This document shows, piece after piece, positions 8,592-18,926 of a stretch of DNA of 64,000 nucleotides; the stretch's first letter is position 1, and every line of letters begins with the position of its first letter. Made by a program: the position numbers and the translations under genes. The DNA is from Candidatus Latescibacterota bacterium (GTDB lineage Bacteria > Latescibacterota > UBA2968): positions 6,560,001 through 6,624,000 of the forward strand of contig OZ240241.1 of assembly GCA_965198115.1 (NCBI GenBank). The letters run 5' to 3'. The notes below the pieces were generated by a model. That model made no database searches. It saw nothing but the letters and a program-made list of their open reading frames with translations, and had not been told where the DNA came from.

Positions 8592-9794
8592 GTGTTGCTG
8601 GTCGGGACGGATAAACCGCGTACGCACCTCCAGCTGCAGCTGCTGATCTTTGCCCTCGTCGGTCTGGGCACGGTGATGATTTACAGTGCGAGTTCAGGAC
8701 TGGCGCATTTACGGTTCGAGAACGGGCACTTTTTCATCCAGCGGTGGACGATACGTGCGATGATCGGTCTGGCAGCGATGCTTTTGGCCACGCAGCTGGA
8801 TTATCGCCTCCTCAAACGCGTGTCCAAGCCATTGCTGCTGCTCGGTTTTCTGGGTCTGCTGACCGTGCTCACCCTCAAGCTACTGGACGTGGGCAAGGTT
8901 CGAGGGGCCTACCGCTGGATTCCGTTTCCGGGCGGAGCCTTCCAACCGGCCGATCTGATGCGACTCGCTCTCGTGATTTTCCTGGCGGATTCTTTGAGCC
9001 GACATAAAGGTCTCTTATGCGACTTCAGGCACGGCTACGTGCCACACGCCCTGATCGTGAGTCTGGCGATGGGGATGATCCTGTTTCAGCCCGATCTGGG
9101 CACGGCCCTTGCGATCGGGCTGACGTGTGCGTTGACGATGTATGTTGCGGGTGTGCGCACGGTTCATCTAATCGGTTCCGCCGTGGCTGCACTACCCGTG
9201 ATCTACCTCGTCGTTTTCGTCGTCGGGTATCGTCGAGAGCGGGTGATGACTTTTCTCAACCCGACGGGTGATGTGCAGGGTGACGGTTACCAGATTTCAC
9301 AATCGCTGCTGGCGTTAGGGAGCGGAGGGCTGGCGGGACTGGGTCTCGGGCAGAGCCAGCAGAAGTATTTCTTTCTGCCTGAACCTCATACGGACTTCGT
9401 GTTCAGTATTCTGGGCGAGGAACTCGGTCTCATCGGAACGATCGGGCTTCTCGCCTGCTTTGTTCTGTTCGGATTCCTTGGCTTCAGGATCGCCCGTCTT
9501 GCGCCCGATTTCCACGGGTTCCTGCTCGCTTCGGGTATTACGTCGATGGTGATGGTCTATGCGTTCGTAAACATGGGTGTTGCGATCGGTCTGTTACCGA
9601 CGACCGGATTGCCGCTCCCTTTCATCAGCTACGGAGGCTCGTCTCTGCTGCTGACTCTGATCGCGGGTGGCATCCTGATCAACATTGGAAAACAGGCCAC
9701 GCTGAGGCCCGGGGTCTTTCAGCGAAACGAGGTGGACTGGCAGCGGCAGCCGCGTTCACGGATTCGGCGGCCCGCACTGGGTACAACAGTTTGA
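8592..9794 (+). CDS. ftsW: Peptidoglycan glycosyltransferase FtsW
   Basis: MIYSAS, QPDLGT, LPEPHTDF, LPFISYGGSS; start uncertain (frame open from 8514). Confidence 0.95.
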   Translation: MLLVGTDKPRTHLQLQLLIFALVGLGTVMIYSASSGLAHLRFENGHFFIQRWTIRAMIGLAAMLLATQLDYRLLKRVSKPLLLLGFLGLLTVLTLKLLDVGKVRGAYRWIPFPGGAFQPADLMRLALVIFLADSLSRHKGLLCDFRHGYVPHALIVSLAMGMILFQPDLGTALAIGLTCALTMYVAGVRTVHLIGSAVAALPVIYLVVFVVGYRRERVMTFLNPTGDVQGDGYQISQSLLALGSGGLAGLGLGQSQQKYFFLPEPHTDFVFSILGEELGLIGTIGLLACFVLFGFLGFRIARLAPDFHGFLLASGITSMVMVYAFVNMGVAIGLLPTTGLPLPFISYGGSSLLLTLIAGGILINIGKQATLRPGVFQRNEVDWQRQPRSRIRRPALGTTV

Positions 9795-9902
9795 TGAAAA
9801 ACCAGAAGCAGCCACTGAGGACACCGGAGGTACCCACGACAGGATCGGGTAGTTGCGCTTCCGGGCAGCAGGGGTCTGGGGCCTGTTGAGGGAGCGATCG
9901 GA

Positions 9903-11024
9903 ATGGGCGAGCGAGGACCTCGGCTGTTGATGGCGGGTGGCGGGTCCGGCGGCCACGCGATTCCGGCGCTCGCGATCGCCGAAGCGTTCAGGGTGCGTTA
10001 CCCCGAGAGCGATGTGCTTTTCGTCGGAACGCCGGGTGGTATCGAAACCCGGGTGATACCGACCGCGGGGTTCGCACTTCATACGATTTCCGTCATCGGG
10101 CTGAAGCGAGCCTTGCACCCGGATCTAATTCGGTTTCCGTTCGTTCTGCTTCGTGGCTCGATCGAAGCGATCCGGGCGGTTCACCGGTTCAAACCGGATC
10201 TCGTGGCGTGCACTGGAGGATTCGTGAGCGGGCCTGTCGGTCTGGCCGCCCGGATCTGCCGGCGACCCCTGATGCTACACGAAGCGAACCTGTTTCCCGG
10301 TCTTACGGTGAGACTCCTCTCGCGCATCGCTGACGCGGTGCTGTTCGGTCTAAACGGAGCGGAGCGAAAGACGGGAGGTCGTCTCAAGCGATTCGTGGGC
10401 AATCCGGTTCGAAGTGGTGTCGCGGATATCAGCCCGGCCGACGCGAGAATTCGGTTTGGGATGGAACCCGATCGTCGGACGCTGGTCGTGATCGGCGGAA
10501 GCCAGGGGGCACGCTCGATCAACCTGGCCGTCGAGACCGCGATGTCGGATCTGGTTTCTGCGGGCTGGCAGGTGTTGTGGCAGACGGGCAGCCTGGATCG
10601 GGAGCGTGCCGAGCAGGTTTCGTCTTCGATCGATCACGCGCACGCCATCGAGTTTATCGACGACATGCCCGCGGCCTACCGGTCGGCCGATCTGGCGCTG
10701 ACGCGATCGGGGGCCATGACACTGACCGAGCTTCGTCTGAATGCGCTGCCTACGATTCTAGTGCCTTTGGCCACAGCGGCCGAGAACCACCAGGAGGTCA
10801 ACGCGCGGGCGATGGAGAGAGAGGGTTGGGCGCGAATGATCCTGCAACGAGAGCTGGATGGCCCACGGCTGTTTGAAACCGTAGAGTCCCTGACGCGTGA
10901 TTCGGGGCGGCTGAGGCAGATGGGTGAAGTCAGCGGATCCTCCGTCGTCACGGATGCGGCAGAGCACATTGTGGATCTGATGGAAGAGATGTTGGATCGC
11001 CGGGCTTTGAAAGAGACTGAATGA
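9903..11024 (+). CDS. murG: Lipid II GlcNAc transferase
   Basis: GGGSGGH, GNPVR, GGSQGA, HQ..NA. Confidence 0.96.
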   Translation: MGERGPRLLMAGGGSGGHAIPALAIAEAFRVRYPESDVLFVGTPGGIETRVIPTAGFALHTISVIGLKRALHPDLIRFPFVLLRGSIEAIRAVHRFKPDLVACTGGFVSGPVGLAARICRRPLMLHEANLFPGLTVRLLSRIADAVLFGLNGAERKTGGRLKRFVGNPVRSGVADISPADARIRFGMEPDRRTLVVIGGSQGARSINLAVETAMSDLVSAGWQVLWQTGSLDRERAEQVSSSIDHAHAIEFIDDMPAAYRSADLALTRSGAMTLTELRLNALPTILVPLATAAENHQEVNARAMEREGWARMILQRELDGPRLFETVESLTRDSGRLRQMGEVSGSSVVTDAAEHIVDLMEEMLDRRALKETE

Positions 11025-11027
11025 CCG

Positions 11028-12473
11028 ATGACTCCTTTGCCGACGACACTGGGTTCGACAGCCCACCTGATTGACATCATCGACATCGAGGACGGTGTGA
11101 CGGGTGTTTTAGAGACAGCGCGACACTTTCACTTCATCGGTATCGGGGGTGTCGGCATGAGTGCCCTGGCCGAGCTGCTGCACCACCGGGGTTATGTCGT
11201 CACGGGCAGCGACCGTGAGGCCTCGGACCTGACGCGGCGAGCCGAGCAGCTGGGGATGAACGTTCGCATCGGGCACGCGGCGGAGGCGGTTGGTGGCGCC
11301 GACGTCGTGATTTTCACTTCGGCGGTGGATGAAGGGAATGCCGAGATCGTGGAAGCGCGTCTCCGTGGCCTGCCGGTCGTTAGGCGCGCGGATTTGTTGG
11401 GCGAGGTTACGCTTGGCCGGCAGCTGGTCGCAGTTTCGGGAACGCACGGGAAGACGACCACGACGGCAATGGTGGTTTCGATCTGCGAAGCTGCGGGGTT
11501 GGATCCGACGGCGTTTGTCGGCGGGACCCTCGCGGGTCGTGGACGGAACCTCGTGCTAGGTAGCGACACGGTCTGGATCACCGAGGCGGACGAGTATGAT
11601 CGGGCTTTTTTGTCGCTGTCGCCGACGGTGGCTGTGGTGACGTCGCTCGAGGCGGACCATCTGGATTGCTACGAAGATCTGGACGACATCGTAGCGACGT
11701 TCGATGTATTCCTCGAACGGCTTCCAGAGCACGGTACGGCCGTTCTGTGCCAGGATACACCGGCTGCTCGTCGTCTATCGACACCGGCCCCGACGACGGT
11801 CGTAACCTACGGATTCGAGTCCGGTGACCTGCGCGCCACGAATGCGTCGCTGGAGGGTCGAGGGAGCCGGTTCGAGGTGTTGGCCGACGGTGTGCGTCTA
11901 GGATCGATTTCGCTGCGCGTGCCGGGTCGCCACAACGTGTCCAACGCTCTGGGGGCGGTGGGCACCGCCCTGGTGTTGGACATCGAGTTCGCGGCCATCG
12001 CCAATGGTCTGGAGGCGTTCCCCGGCGTGGACCGTCGATTCGAAGTGTTGGTGGAGAGCGACGACGCGACGGTGATCAGCGACTACGCCCACCATCCGAC
12101 GGAAGTGGCGTTTAGTCTGGAGGCCGCCCGGGCGATGTCGGCCGGGGGCCGGCTCGTGGCCGTCTTTCAGCCACATCTCTACTCACGAACACGGGACTTT
12201 TTGGACGCGTTCGGCCAGGTTCTTTCAGAGGCCGATTATGTCTGGCTGACGGACATCTACCCTGCTCGGGAGGAGCCGATTTCGGGGATCACAGGCGCTT
12301 CCGTCGCCGACCGTGTGACGGCTCCCGTTACCTACGAGCCGTCGATGGCCGCGCTCCCGAAAGCGATTTACGACGCGTCGGAGCCGGGTGATGTCATTGT
12401 CGTGATGGGAGCGGGGGATATTGTGTCAGCGGCCGGAACGCTCGCCGGCCTGTTCGGTGCGACGATCCGGTGA
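11028..12473 (+). CDS. murC: UDP-MurNAc-L-Ala ligase
   Basis: GIGGVGMS, GTHGKTTT, EADEYD, DYAHHP. Confidence 0.97.
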   Translation: MTPLPTTLGSTAHLIDIIDIEDGVTGVLETARHFHFIGIGGVGMSALAELLHHRGYVVTGSDREASDLTRRAEQLGMNVRIGHAAEAVGGADVVIFTSAVDEGNAEIVEARLRGLPVVRRADLLGEVTLGRQLVAVSGTHGKTTTTAMVVSICEAAGLDPTAFVGGTLAGRGRNLVLGSDTVWITEADEYDRAFLSLSPTVAVVTSLEADHLDCYEDLDDIVATFDVFLERLPEHGTAVLCQDTPAARRLSTPAPTTVVTYGFESGDLRATNASLEGRGSRFEVLADGVRLGSISLRVPGRHNVSNALGAVGTALVLDIEFAAIANGLEAFPGVDRRFEVLVESDDATVISDYAHHPTEVAFSLEAARAMSAGGRLVAVFQPHLYSRTRDFLDAFGQVLSEADYVWLTDIYPAREEPISGITGASVADRVTAPVTYEPSMAALPKAIYDASEPGDVIVVMGAGDIVSAAGTLAGLFGATIR

Positions 12474-13417
12474 GCAAGTCGTCGAAAGCGGCGGCAGAAG
12501 GGCTCGCCGAGACCTTGCAGTCGATGACGCGTGGGCGCTTGCTGACGGACGAACCTCTGTCGCAGCACACGACATACGGCGTTGGGGGGCCAGCGGATCT
12601 TTTTTTTCTGCCCGCCGATCCCGAGGATCTGATGTCCGTCTTGTCGACGATCCGCGATGCAGAAGTCCCCGTGCTTCCGGTCGGCGGAGGAACGAACACG
12701 CTCGTGAAGGATGCGGGCTACCGAGGCCTGGTAATCTGTCTGGCCGATGGGATGGCTGCTGTGACGATGGATGGAGAAGGCGGCCGCGTCGAAGCGGGCG
12801 CGAGTACCCAGGTCTTCTCCAGACGGTGTCAGCGGGCGGGACGATCCGGTTTTGAATTCGGCTGTGGGATTCCGGGGACGGTTGGCGGTGCAGTCCGTGG
12901 GAACGCGGGCGCCTGGGGTGGCGAGACGTTCGAACACCTTGTGTGGGTGCGCGGTGTCGACCTGGCCACGGGGATGGAAATGACCTTTCGGAAAGCTGAG
13001 ATCTCGTACGGCTACCGACGGGTCGACCTGCCCAAACAGTTTCTGTTCTTGGAAGCGGCGTTCGCACTGGGAGAAGACGATCCGGACACGATCCTCGGCC
13101 GAATGGATCAGATGCTCGATGAACGGAAAGCAAGCCAGCCTTTGTGGATGAGGAACGCGGGATGTGTTTTCAAGAATCCCGATGGGCCCTCACCGGCCGG
13201 CATGCTGATCGACCGCAGCGGATGCAAGGGGATGTCGGTAGGTAATGTGTCGGTGTCCGACGTCCACGCGAATTTTCTCGTGACCAAGGGGGGTATCACC
13301 GCCGCGGACGTGCTGAATCTGATCGAGAGAGTTCGGGACAGTGTTTACCAATCGGAGGGAATCGAACTTGAGACGGAAGTTCGGATCGTCGGGGAGTATG
13401 GCATTGAGAATGTATAA
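12470..13417 (+). CDS. murB: UDP-GlcNAc-enolpyruvate reductase
   Basis: GGGTN, IPGTVGGA, FKNP, HANF. Confidence 0.96.
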   Translation: MSKSSKAAAEGLAETLQSMTRGRLLTDEPLSQHTTYGVGGPADLFFLPADPEDLMSVLSTIRDAEVPVLPVGGGTNTLVKDAGYRGLVICLADGMAAVTMDGEGGRVEAGASTQVFSRRCQRAGRSGFEFGCGIPGTVGGAVRGNAGAWGGETFEHLVWVRGVDLATGMEMTFRKAEISYGYRRVDLPKQFLFLEAAFALGEDDPDTILGRMDQMLDERKASQPLWMRNAGCVFKNPDGPSPAGMLIDRSGCKGMSVGNVSVSDVHANFLVTKGGITAADVLNLIERVRDSVYQSEGIELETEVRIVGEYGIENV

Positions 13418-14291
13418 CGGTCGGGCGCTCGGCTCACAGAAGCGAAGCCGCTGGCGTCGTCGCACGAAGCCGACGTTTACGATCGCACGGCTGGACGGAG
13501 TCGCGTTGCCCAAACCGAAGGCGAGGCGTGTCGTCGGTTGGGCGATGGTCGTCGGGCTCGTGGCTGCGCTGAGCACGGGTATTCCTGATGCCTATTCGGG
13601 CCTTCAAGGAAGCGACCTGTTTACCGTGCGCAAGATCTCAGTCGTGGGCCATCAGCTGATGACGGCGGAAGAGATCGTCGACCGCGCCGGGCTCGAGGTC
13701 GGAAGCAATCTCTTTCAGACGGATCTCACGACAGCGACGGACTCGTTGAGGGCACACCCGCTCGTCCGCAGGGTGTTGCTCCTTCGCCGTCCACCTGCCG
13801 ATCTCCTGATCTCGGTCGAAGAGCGGTCGCCCATCTCGCTCATCACAACGATGGACGGTCTGATCGGTTTGGATCGCGACGCGCGATGTTTCCCTCTGCC
13901 GACTGTGCCGTTCGACCTGCCGGTGGTGACGTCTTTCGCGGCGGCAACGGCTGATTCGGTGGAAGCCGAGGACAGCGCAGCCGCCCACCGGCTGGTCGCG
14001 TTCCTCCTCGAGATTCGGGACAAATATCCGAGTGTCTGGTCTACCCTTTCGGAGGTGAATGTTCTGTCTCCGACGGAAGCACGGATTCACCTGATCGATG
14101 GAACACCAGAGCTGCTCGTGCGGTACGACCGATCGGGAGCGCAAATCGAGAATCTCAAAGCATTCGTGGCGAGCAGTCCCAATCTGAGTACGCTCGCCTA
14201 CATCGACCTCCGGTACGAGAATCAGGTTGTCGCCGGCAGGATCGGGGTGGACGCGTCGGATGTTTCGACCGCTCCTCTTCCGGCATTCTGA
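13410..14291 (+). CDS. ftsQ: Cell division protein FtsQ/DivIB
   Basis: TM, POTRA-like segment, YIDLRY; between murB and ftsA; start uncertain. Confidence 0.88.
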   Translation: MYNGRALGSQKRSRWRRRTKPTFTIARLDGVALPKPKARRVVGWAMVVGLVAALSTGIPDAYSGLQGSDLFTVRKISVVGHQLMTAEEIVDRAGLEVGSNLFQTDLTTATDSLRAHPLVRRVLLLRRPPADLLISVEERSPISLITTMDGLIGLDRDARCFPLPTVPFDLPVVTSFAAATADSVEAEDSAAAHRLVAFLLEIRDKYPSVWSTLSEVNVLSPTEARIHLIDGTPELLVRYDRSGAQIENLKAFVASSPNLSTLAYIDLRYENQVVAGRIGVDASDVSTAPLPAF

Positions 14292-14304
14292 AAGGAACGG
14301 ACTT

Positions 14305-15537
14305 ATGGTCAAGGGCGATCGAATCGTAGGGCTGGACATCGGCACGACCAAGATCTGTGCGATCGTAGCGGAGGTCGAAGAGGAAGGGCTGAAGATCACG
14401 GGTGTCGGGAGTGCTCCTTCTGACGGTCTCAAACGGGGCGTCGTCGTTAACGTCGACAAGACGGTGCGATCGATCCAGCAGGCGATCGACAAGGCAGAGC
14501 GTATGTCGGACACGCGCATTACGGCAGTTTATGCGGGAATCGCCGGGGACCACATTCGCAGCTTCAACAGCCGTGGGGTAATCGCCGTATCGGGACCTGA
14601 GAGCGAAATCACGCATCACGATGAAAATCGAGTCATCGAGGCGGCCAAAGCGATCTCGATCCCGATCGATCGCGAGATCGTCCACGTGTTGCCGCAGGAC
14701 TATTCCGTCGATGATCAACCAGGTATCAAGGACCCGATCGGGATGTCGGGCGTGAGGTTGGAAGCCGATGTGCACATCGTGACCGGCGCCGTGACGTCTG
14801 CCCAGAACATCTGCAAGAGCATCCGACGTGCCGGTGTCGAAGTCGTGGATCTGGTGCTCGAGCCGATCGCGTCGAGTCATTCGGTGCTGACTGCCGACGA
14901 GCTGGAGATGGGCGTGGTGCTCGTGGACATCGGCGGCGGCACGAGCGATATCGCCGTGTTCTACGACGGCAGCATCCGGCACACGGCGGTCGTCGGACTG
15001 GGTGGTGAGAATGTGACCCGCGACGTGGCCGTCGGTCTGCGCACGCCGTTCAAGCAGGCGGAGGAGATCAAGCGTTCGTATGGCTGTGCGATGACCTCGC
15101 TCGTGAGTAAGGAAGAGGTCATCGAGGTTCCCGGCGTCGCCGGCCGTCCTCCAGACCGTGTCGAGCGCGCGGAACTTGCGTCGATCATCGAAGCACGGAT
15201 GGAAGAGATCTTCGTGCTCGTGAACAGTGAGATTCGGAGAACCGACTACCTCGACCTACTCGCGGCTGGCGTGGTCGTGACGGGCGGTGGGGCGATGGTG
15301 GAGGACTGTGTGGAGCTCGCAGAGGAAGTCTTCGGCATGCCGGCGCGTCTGGGAACACCGCGCGGCGTGACGGGGCTCGTGGATGCGGTGACACAGCCGA
15401 TTTACGCGACGGGTGTCGGTCTGGTGCAATTCGGTCTGGAACACCAACACCGAGAGGGGCAGTTCGCGAGCGCGAACGGCGATATGTTCAATTCCATCCT
15501 CGGCCGAATGAAGGGATGGGTGAAGGACTTCTTCTAA
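14305..15537 (+). CDS. ftsA: Cell division protein FtsA
   Basis: LDIGTTK, VDIGGGT, C-terminal amphipathic helix. Confidence 0.97.
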   Translation: MVKGDRIVGLDIGTTKICAIVAEVEEEGLKITGVGSAPSDGLKRGVVVNVDKTVRSIQQAIDKAERMSDTRITAVYAGIAGDHIRSFNSRGVIAVSGPESEITHHDENRVIEAAKAISIPIDREIVHVLPQDYSVDDQPGIKDPIGMSGVRLEADVHIVTGAVTSAQNICKSIRRAGVEVVDLVLEPIASSHSVLTADELEMGVVLVDIGGGTSDIAVFYDGSIRHTAVVGLGGENVTRDVAVGLRTPFKQAEEIKRSYGCAMTSLVSKEEVIEVPGVAGRPPDRVERAELASIIEARMEEIFVLVNSEIRRTDYLDLLAAGVVVTGGGAMVEDCVELAEEVFGMPARLGTPRGVTGLVDAVTQPIYATGVGLVQFGLEHQHREGQFASANGDMFNSILGRMKGWVKDFF

Positions 15538-15591
15538 TTGTGAAATTGTGGAATTAGGAAATTAGGAAATTTCACAGTTGAATTTCCTAAT
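15536..15591. repeat. Octamer array (AATTRKGA) followed by inverted copies
   Basis: aattgtga aattgtgg aattagga aattagga, then tttcacagtt and atttcctaat. Confidence 0.75.
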
Positions 15592-15645
15592 AGGTTTTCG
15601 GCCTTCCCCGAGGCCTTGTGACTTGCTCCCTTTTTTATCGCGGAG

Positions 15646-16875
15646 GTGAACACAGTGGTCACGTTTTCGATCGTGGATAGCGAGAATCAGGCGAAAATGC
15701 GTGTGGTCGGGGTTGGGGGGGCCGGCGGCAATGCTGTTAACCGGATGATCAACGCGGGACTCCAGGGTGTAGATTTCATCGCCGCGAACACGGATTCACA
15801 GGTGCTCGAGCTTTCTGAGGCATCGCGACGCATTCAGATCGGTGCGAATGTCACACGCGGTTTGGGTGCGGGTGCCGACCCCGAGGTCGGGCGTCGGGCG
15901 ATCGAGGAGACGCGCGATCAGATGGCGGAGGAGCTTTCGGGATCGGATATGGTGTTCATCACAGCGGGGATGGGGGGCGGCACGGGGACGGGAGCGGCTC
16001 CCGTCGTGGCGGAGATCGCTAGGGATGCGGGCGCTTTGACGGTCGGGATCGTGACGAAGCCGTTCGCGATGGAAGGTTCGACGAAGATGCGAAACGCCGA
16101 AGCGGGCATCGAGGATCTGAAGACGGCCGTGGATACGCTGATCGTGATCCCGAACCAGCGCCTGCTGTCCGTGAGTTCGAAGGAGACGACGCTCAAGGAT
16201 GCGTTCGCGATGGCGGACGAAGTGTTGCATCAGGCCACACGCGGCATTTCGGACCTGATCACGATTCCGGGAGAGGTAAATCTCGATTTCAACGATGTGC
16301 GGACGGTGATGCTTCAGGGTGGAGATGCGCTGATGGGAACGGGTGGTGCCGTTGGCGAGAACCGCGCTGTCGAGTCCGCGCAGAAGGCGCTTCACAGTCC
16401 GTTGCTGGAAGAAGTGAACATCAAGGGTGCCAAGGGAGTGTTGGTGAACATCTCGGCGGGGAGCGATCTCAAATTGTTCGATGTCAACGATGCCGTGACG
16501 GTGATTACGGAAGCCGGTGGTGAGGACGCCCACGTCATTTGGGGCACCGTGCTGGATGATTCGCTGGGCGACGAGTTGCGAGTGACGGTTATCGCGACGG
16601 GTTTCGAGATCGCGTCGAACGGCCGACGCCGCAGCGAGCTTTCGTTTTCCCGCGAAGTTCCGCGTCGGTTGGGATCGGAGATTCCGGCCTACATTCGCCG
16701 GGGCGTTGGCCAACCCGAACCGGTGAAGGTCGCCTCGAATGGGGCGGCAACGGAAGAATCGACGGAGGAGGCTTCGGCCGAGGAGCCGGCTGCCGAAGAT
16801 TCTCTTGAGGAGCTGTCGCTCGATGATCTGGAATATCCGACCTTCCTGAGGAGGAAGATGTCCAGAAAAGCATGA
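15646..16875 (+). CDS. ftsZ: Cell division protein FtsZ
   Basis: GGGTGTG tubulin motif, NLDFND, C-terminal LEYPTFLR. Confidence 0.98.
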   Translation: MNTVVTFSIVDSENQAKMRVVGVGGAGGNAVNRMINAGLQGVDFIAANTDSQVLELSEASRRIQIGANVTRGLGAGADPEVGRRAIEETRDQMAEELSGSDMVFITAGMGGGTGTGAAPVVAEIARDAGALTVGIVTKPFAMEGSTKMRNAEAGIEDLKTAVDTLIVIPNQRLLSVSSKETTLKDAFAMADEVLHQATRGISDLITIPGEVNLDFNDVRTVMLQGGDALMGTGGAVGENRAVESAQKALHSPLLEEVNIKGAKGVLVNISAGSDLKLFDVNDAVTVITEAGGEDAHVIWGTVLDDSLGDELRVTVIATGFEIASNGRRRSELSFSREVPRRLGSEIPAYIRRGVGQPEPVKVASNGAATEESTEEASAEEPAAEDSLEELSLDDLEYPTFLRRKMSRKA

Positions 16876-16890
16876 GCGGGTGACGGGAGA

Positions 16891-16923
16891 CCACCCTTCG
16901 CTCTGCGAGCTTCGGCTGGCAGG
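16891..16923 (+). repeat. REP-like element (copy 1)
   Basis: Ends gcttcggctggcagg; related copy at 26449-26478. Confidence 0.5.
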
Positions 16924-16946
16924 CGGGGAGAGCGGGAGAAACAGCG

Positions 16947-16988
16947 AAGCCGCGGATCTTGCGTAAGCGAGGCCGCGGCTTTTCCTTT
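16947..16988 (+). terminator. Terminator of the dcw operon
   Basis: aagccgcgg/ccgcggctt stem, inner GTAA-loop hairpin, T tract. Confidence 0.8.
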
Positions 16989-17081
16989 GGTGGGAGCGAT
17001 AACCGATCTCCGAGCAAGGAGATCAGATATCAGAAAACCCTCTCATACATCGGATATCTCTGACTGGATCTCGAACATCTA

Positions 17082-17720
17082 ATGAACGCAACGACCCATA
17101 TGACTGTCGTGCGGCACGGGGAAACGGCCTGGAACGCGGACGGACGAATCCAGGGGCATCAACCCGTGCCTTTGAACGATCGGGGGCGAACGCAGGCGAA
17201 GCTGCTGGGGGAGCGTCTCGCGCCAGAAGAGATAGATGCGATCTACAGCAGCGATCTTCTGCGAACAATGGAGACAGCCGAGACCATCGCAGAGGGTCTG
17301 GGGATTTCGATCGAGCAGGATTCGGACTTGCGTGAATGGTCGCTGGGTGTTCTGGAAGGGAAACGTCCGGAAGATTCGCGAGCGGCGCACCCTGCGGTCG
17401 TCGATGCCTATGAGCGGCGGGATCCGGATGGGGAGATTACGGCGGGCGAAACGATCCGTGCGCGGTATGCGAGAACGACATCGTGCCTGAAGCGAATCGC
17501 ACGCAATCGCCCGGGCCAGAAGGTCCTCGTCGTGACGCACGGCGGGGTCCTGGATGACTTGTATCGAATGGTCAACGAGATTCCCCTCGGGGGCGCACCT
17601 GACTTCAATCTCTACAATGGGGGCATCCACCGGTTCGAAGTGACGGACGATCGGTGGACGATGACCGTTTGGGGGGACATCGAGCATATGAAAGAGGTGG
17701 GGTCGCTGGCTGATTGGTGA
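17082..17720 (+). CDS. Histidine phosphatase (phosphoglycerate mutase family)
   Basis: RHGET, SSDLLR, VTHGG. Confidence 0.93.
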   Translation: MNATTHMTVVRHGETAWNADGRIQGHQPVPLNDRGRTQAKLLGERLAPEEIDAIYSSDLLRTMETAETIAEGLGISIEQDSDLREWSLGVLEGKRPEDSRAAHPAVVDAYERRDPDGEITAGETIRARYARTTSCLKRIARNRPGQKVLVVTHGGVLDDLYRMVNEIPLGGAPDFNLYNGGIHRFEVTDDRWTMTVWGDIEHMKEVGSLADW

Positions 17721-17760
17721 CCAGGGGGCTACCGGGTAGGTGAATTCGAAGGAGACGACG

Positions 17761-18747
17761 ATGAAAACCGTAAGATGGGGCATCATCGGGTGCGGAGATG
17801 TGTGCGAGGTGAAGAACGGGCCCGGACTCTACAAGGCCGAGCACTCGGAGCTGGTCGCGGTGATGCGGCGGGATGGAGCTGCGGCCGAGGACTACGCCAA
17901 GCGGCACAACGTGCCCAGATGGTATGCGGACGGGCAGGCGGTGATCGATGACGATGAGGTCGACATCGTTTATGTCGCGACGCCGCCGTCGACGCATTGC
18001 GAGTATGCGCTTGCCACGGCCGAGGCTGGAAAGCCGTGTCTGGTCGAGAAGCCGATGGGGTGCAATGCAGGCGAGTGCGAACAGATGGTGGAGGCTTTCA
18101 AGGCCAAGGATTTGCCGTTGTGGGTGGCGTACTACCGGCGTGCGTTACCGCGGTTTTTGAAGATGCGTGAGTTGCTGAGTGACGAAGTCATCGGTGCGCT
18201 GACGTCGGTCCACATCGTGCATTACGGTCGAGCACCCGAGCCGGGCGGGCATCGGGCCTGGCGGCACGATCCGGCCATCGCCGGCGCTGGGAGCTTCTAC
18301 GACGTCGGATCACACGGGCTGGACATTCTCGACTTTCTCATCGGGCCGATTACGTCGGGGTCCGGTAACGCGATTCATACGGGAGGCGATTACGCAGTCG
18401 AAGACGTGACCGCGCTGAGTTTTCTGTTCGAGAACAAGGTGGCTGGAACCGGGATCTATAACTTCAACGCGGATCATGGCGAAAACGGAATCACGTTCAC
18501 GGGTACGGAGGGCGAGATTCGATGTCCCGTTTTCAGCGATACGAATATCGAGATCGAGATGCGAGACGGTTCGACGGAATCGATCGCGGCGCCCAATCCC
18601 CCGCACGTCGGCCAACCGCTGGAAGAGACGATCATTGCAGAGCTGCGTGGCGGAGGGAAATGCGAGTCAACGGGTGAGAGTGGGCTGCGGACGCAGCGGG
18701 TGATGGATCGGTGCGTGGCCAATTACTATCAAGATGGTCGCGGGTAG
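17761..18747 (+). CDS. Gfo/Idh/MocA oxidoreductase
   Basis: GIIGCG, VEKP, DVGSH. Confidence 0.92.
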   Translation: MKTVRWGIIGCGDVCEVKNGPGLYKAEHSELVAVMRRDGAAAEDYAKRHNVPRWYADGQAVIDDDEVDIVYVATPPSTHCEYALATAEAGKPCLVEKPMGCNAGECEQMVEAFKAKDLPLWVAYYRRALPRFLKMRELLSDEVIGALTSVHIVHYGRAPEPGGHRAWRHDPAIAGAGSFYDVGSHGLDILDFLIGPITSGSGNAIHTGGDYAVEDVTALSFLFENKVAGTGIYNFNADHGENGITFTGTEGEIRCPVFSDTNIEIEMRDGSTESIAAPNPPHVGQPLEETIIAELRGGGKCESTGESGLRTQRVMDRCVANYYQDGRG

Positions 18748-18754
18748 GAAGAAG

Positions 18755-18835
18755 ACCACGAAATACACGAAATGCACGAAAAGGAAGACCTTGAAGCGAA
18801 AGCCCGGGACCACGGACCACACGGAATACACGGAA
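18755..18835 (+). repeat. Two nonamer triplet arrays
   Basis: accacgaaa tacacgaaa tgcacgaaa (18755-18781); accacggac cacacggaa tacacggaa (18809-18835). Confidence 0.85.
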
Positions 18836-18926
18836 GAAACCGACACGAGGAGCGACTGCGGGTTTAGTGCTTTGTGGAGAGAAGAGGACGTGAGTGCCTG
18901 TCCTCAGCGGATGTCGAGGTAATGGG

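Noticed and set aside
8347-8671. Minus-strand ORFs with (CSVFGVR)n
   Set aside because: Translation products of the heptamer repeat
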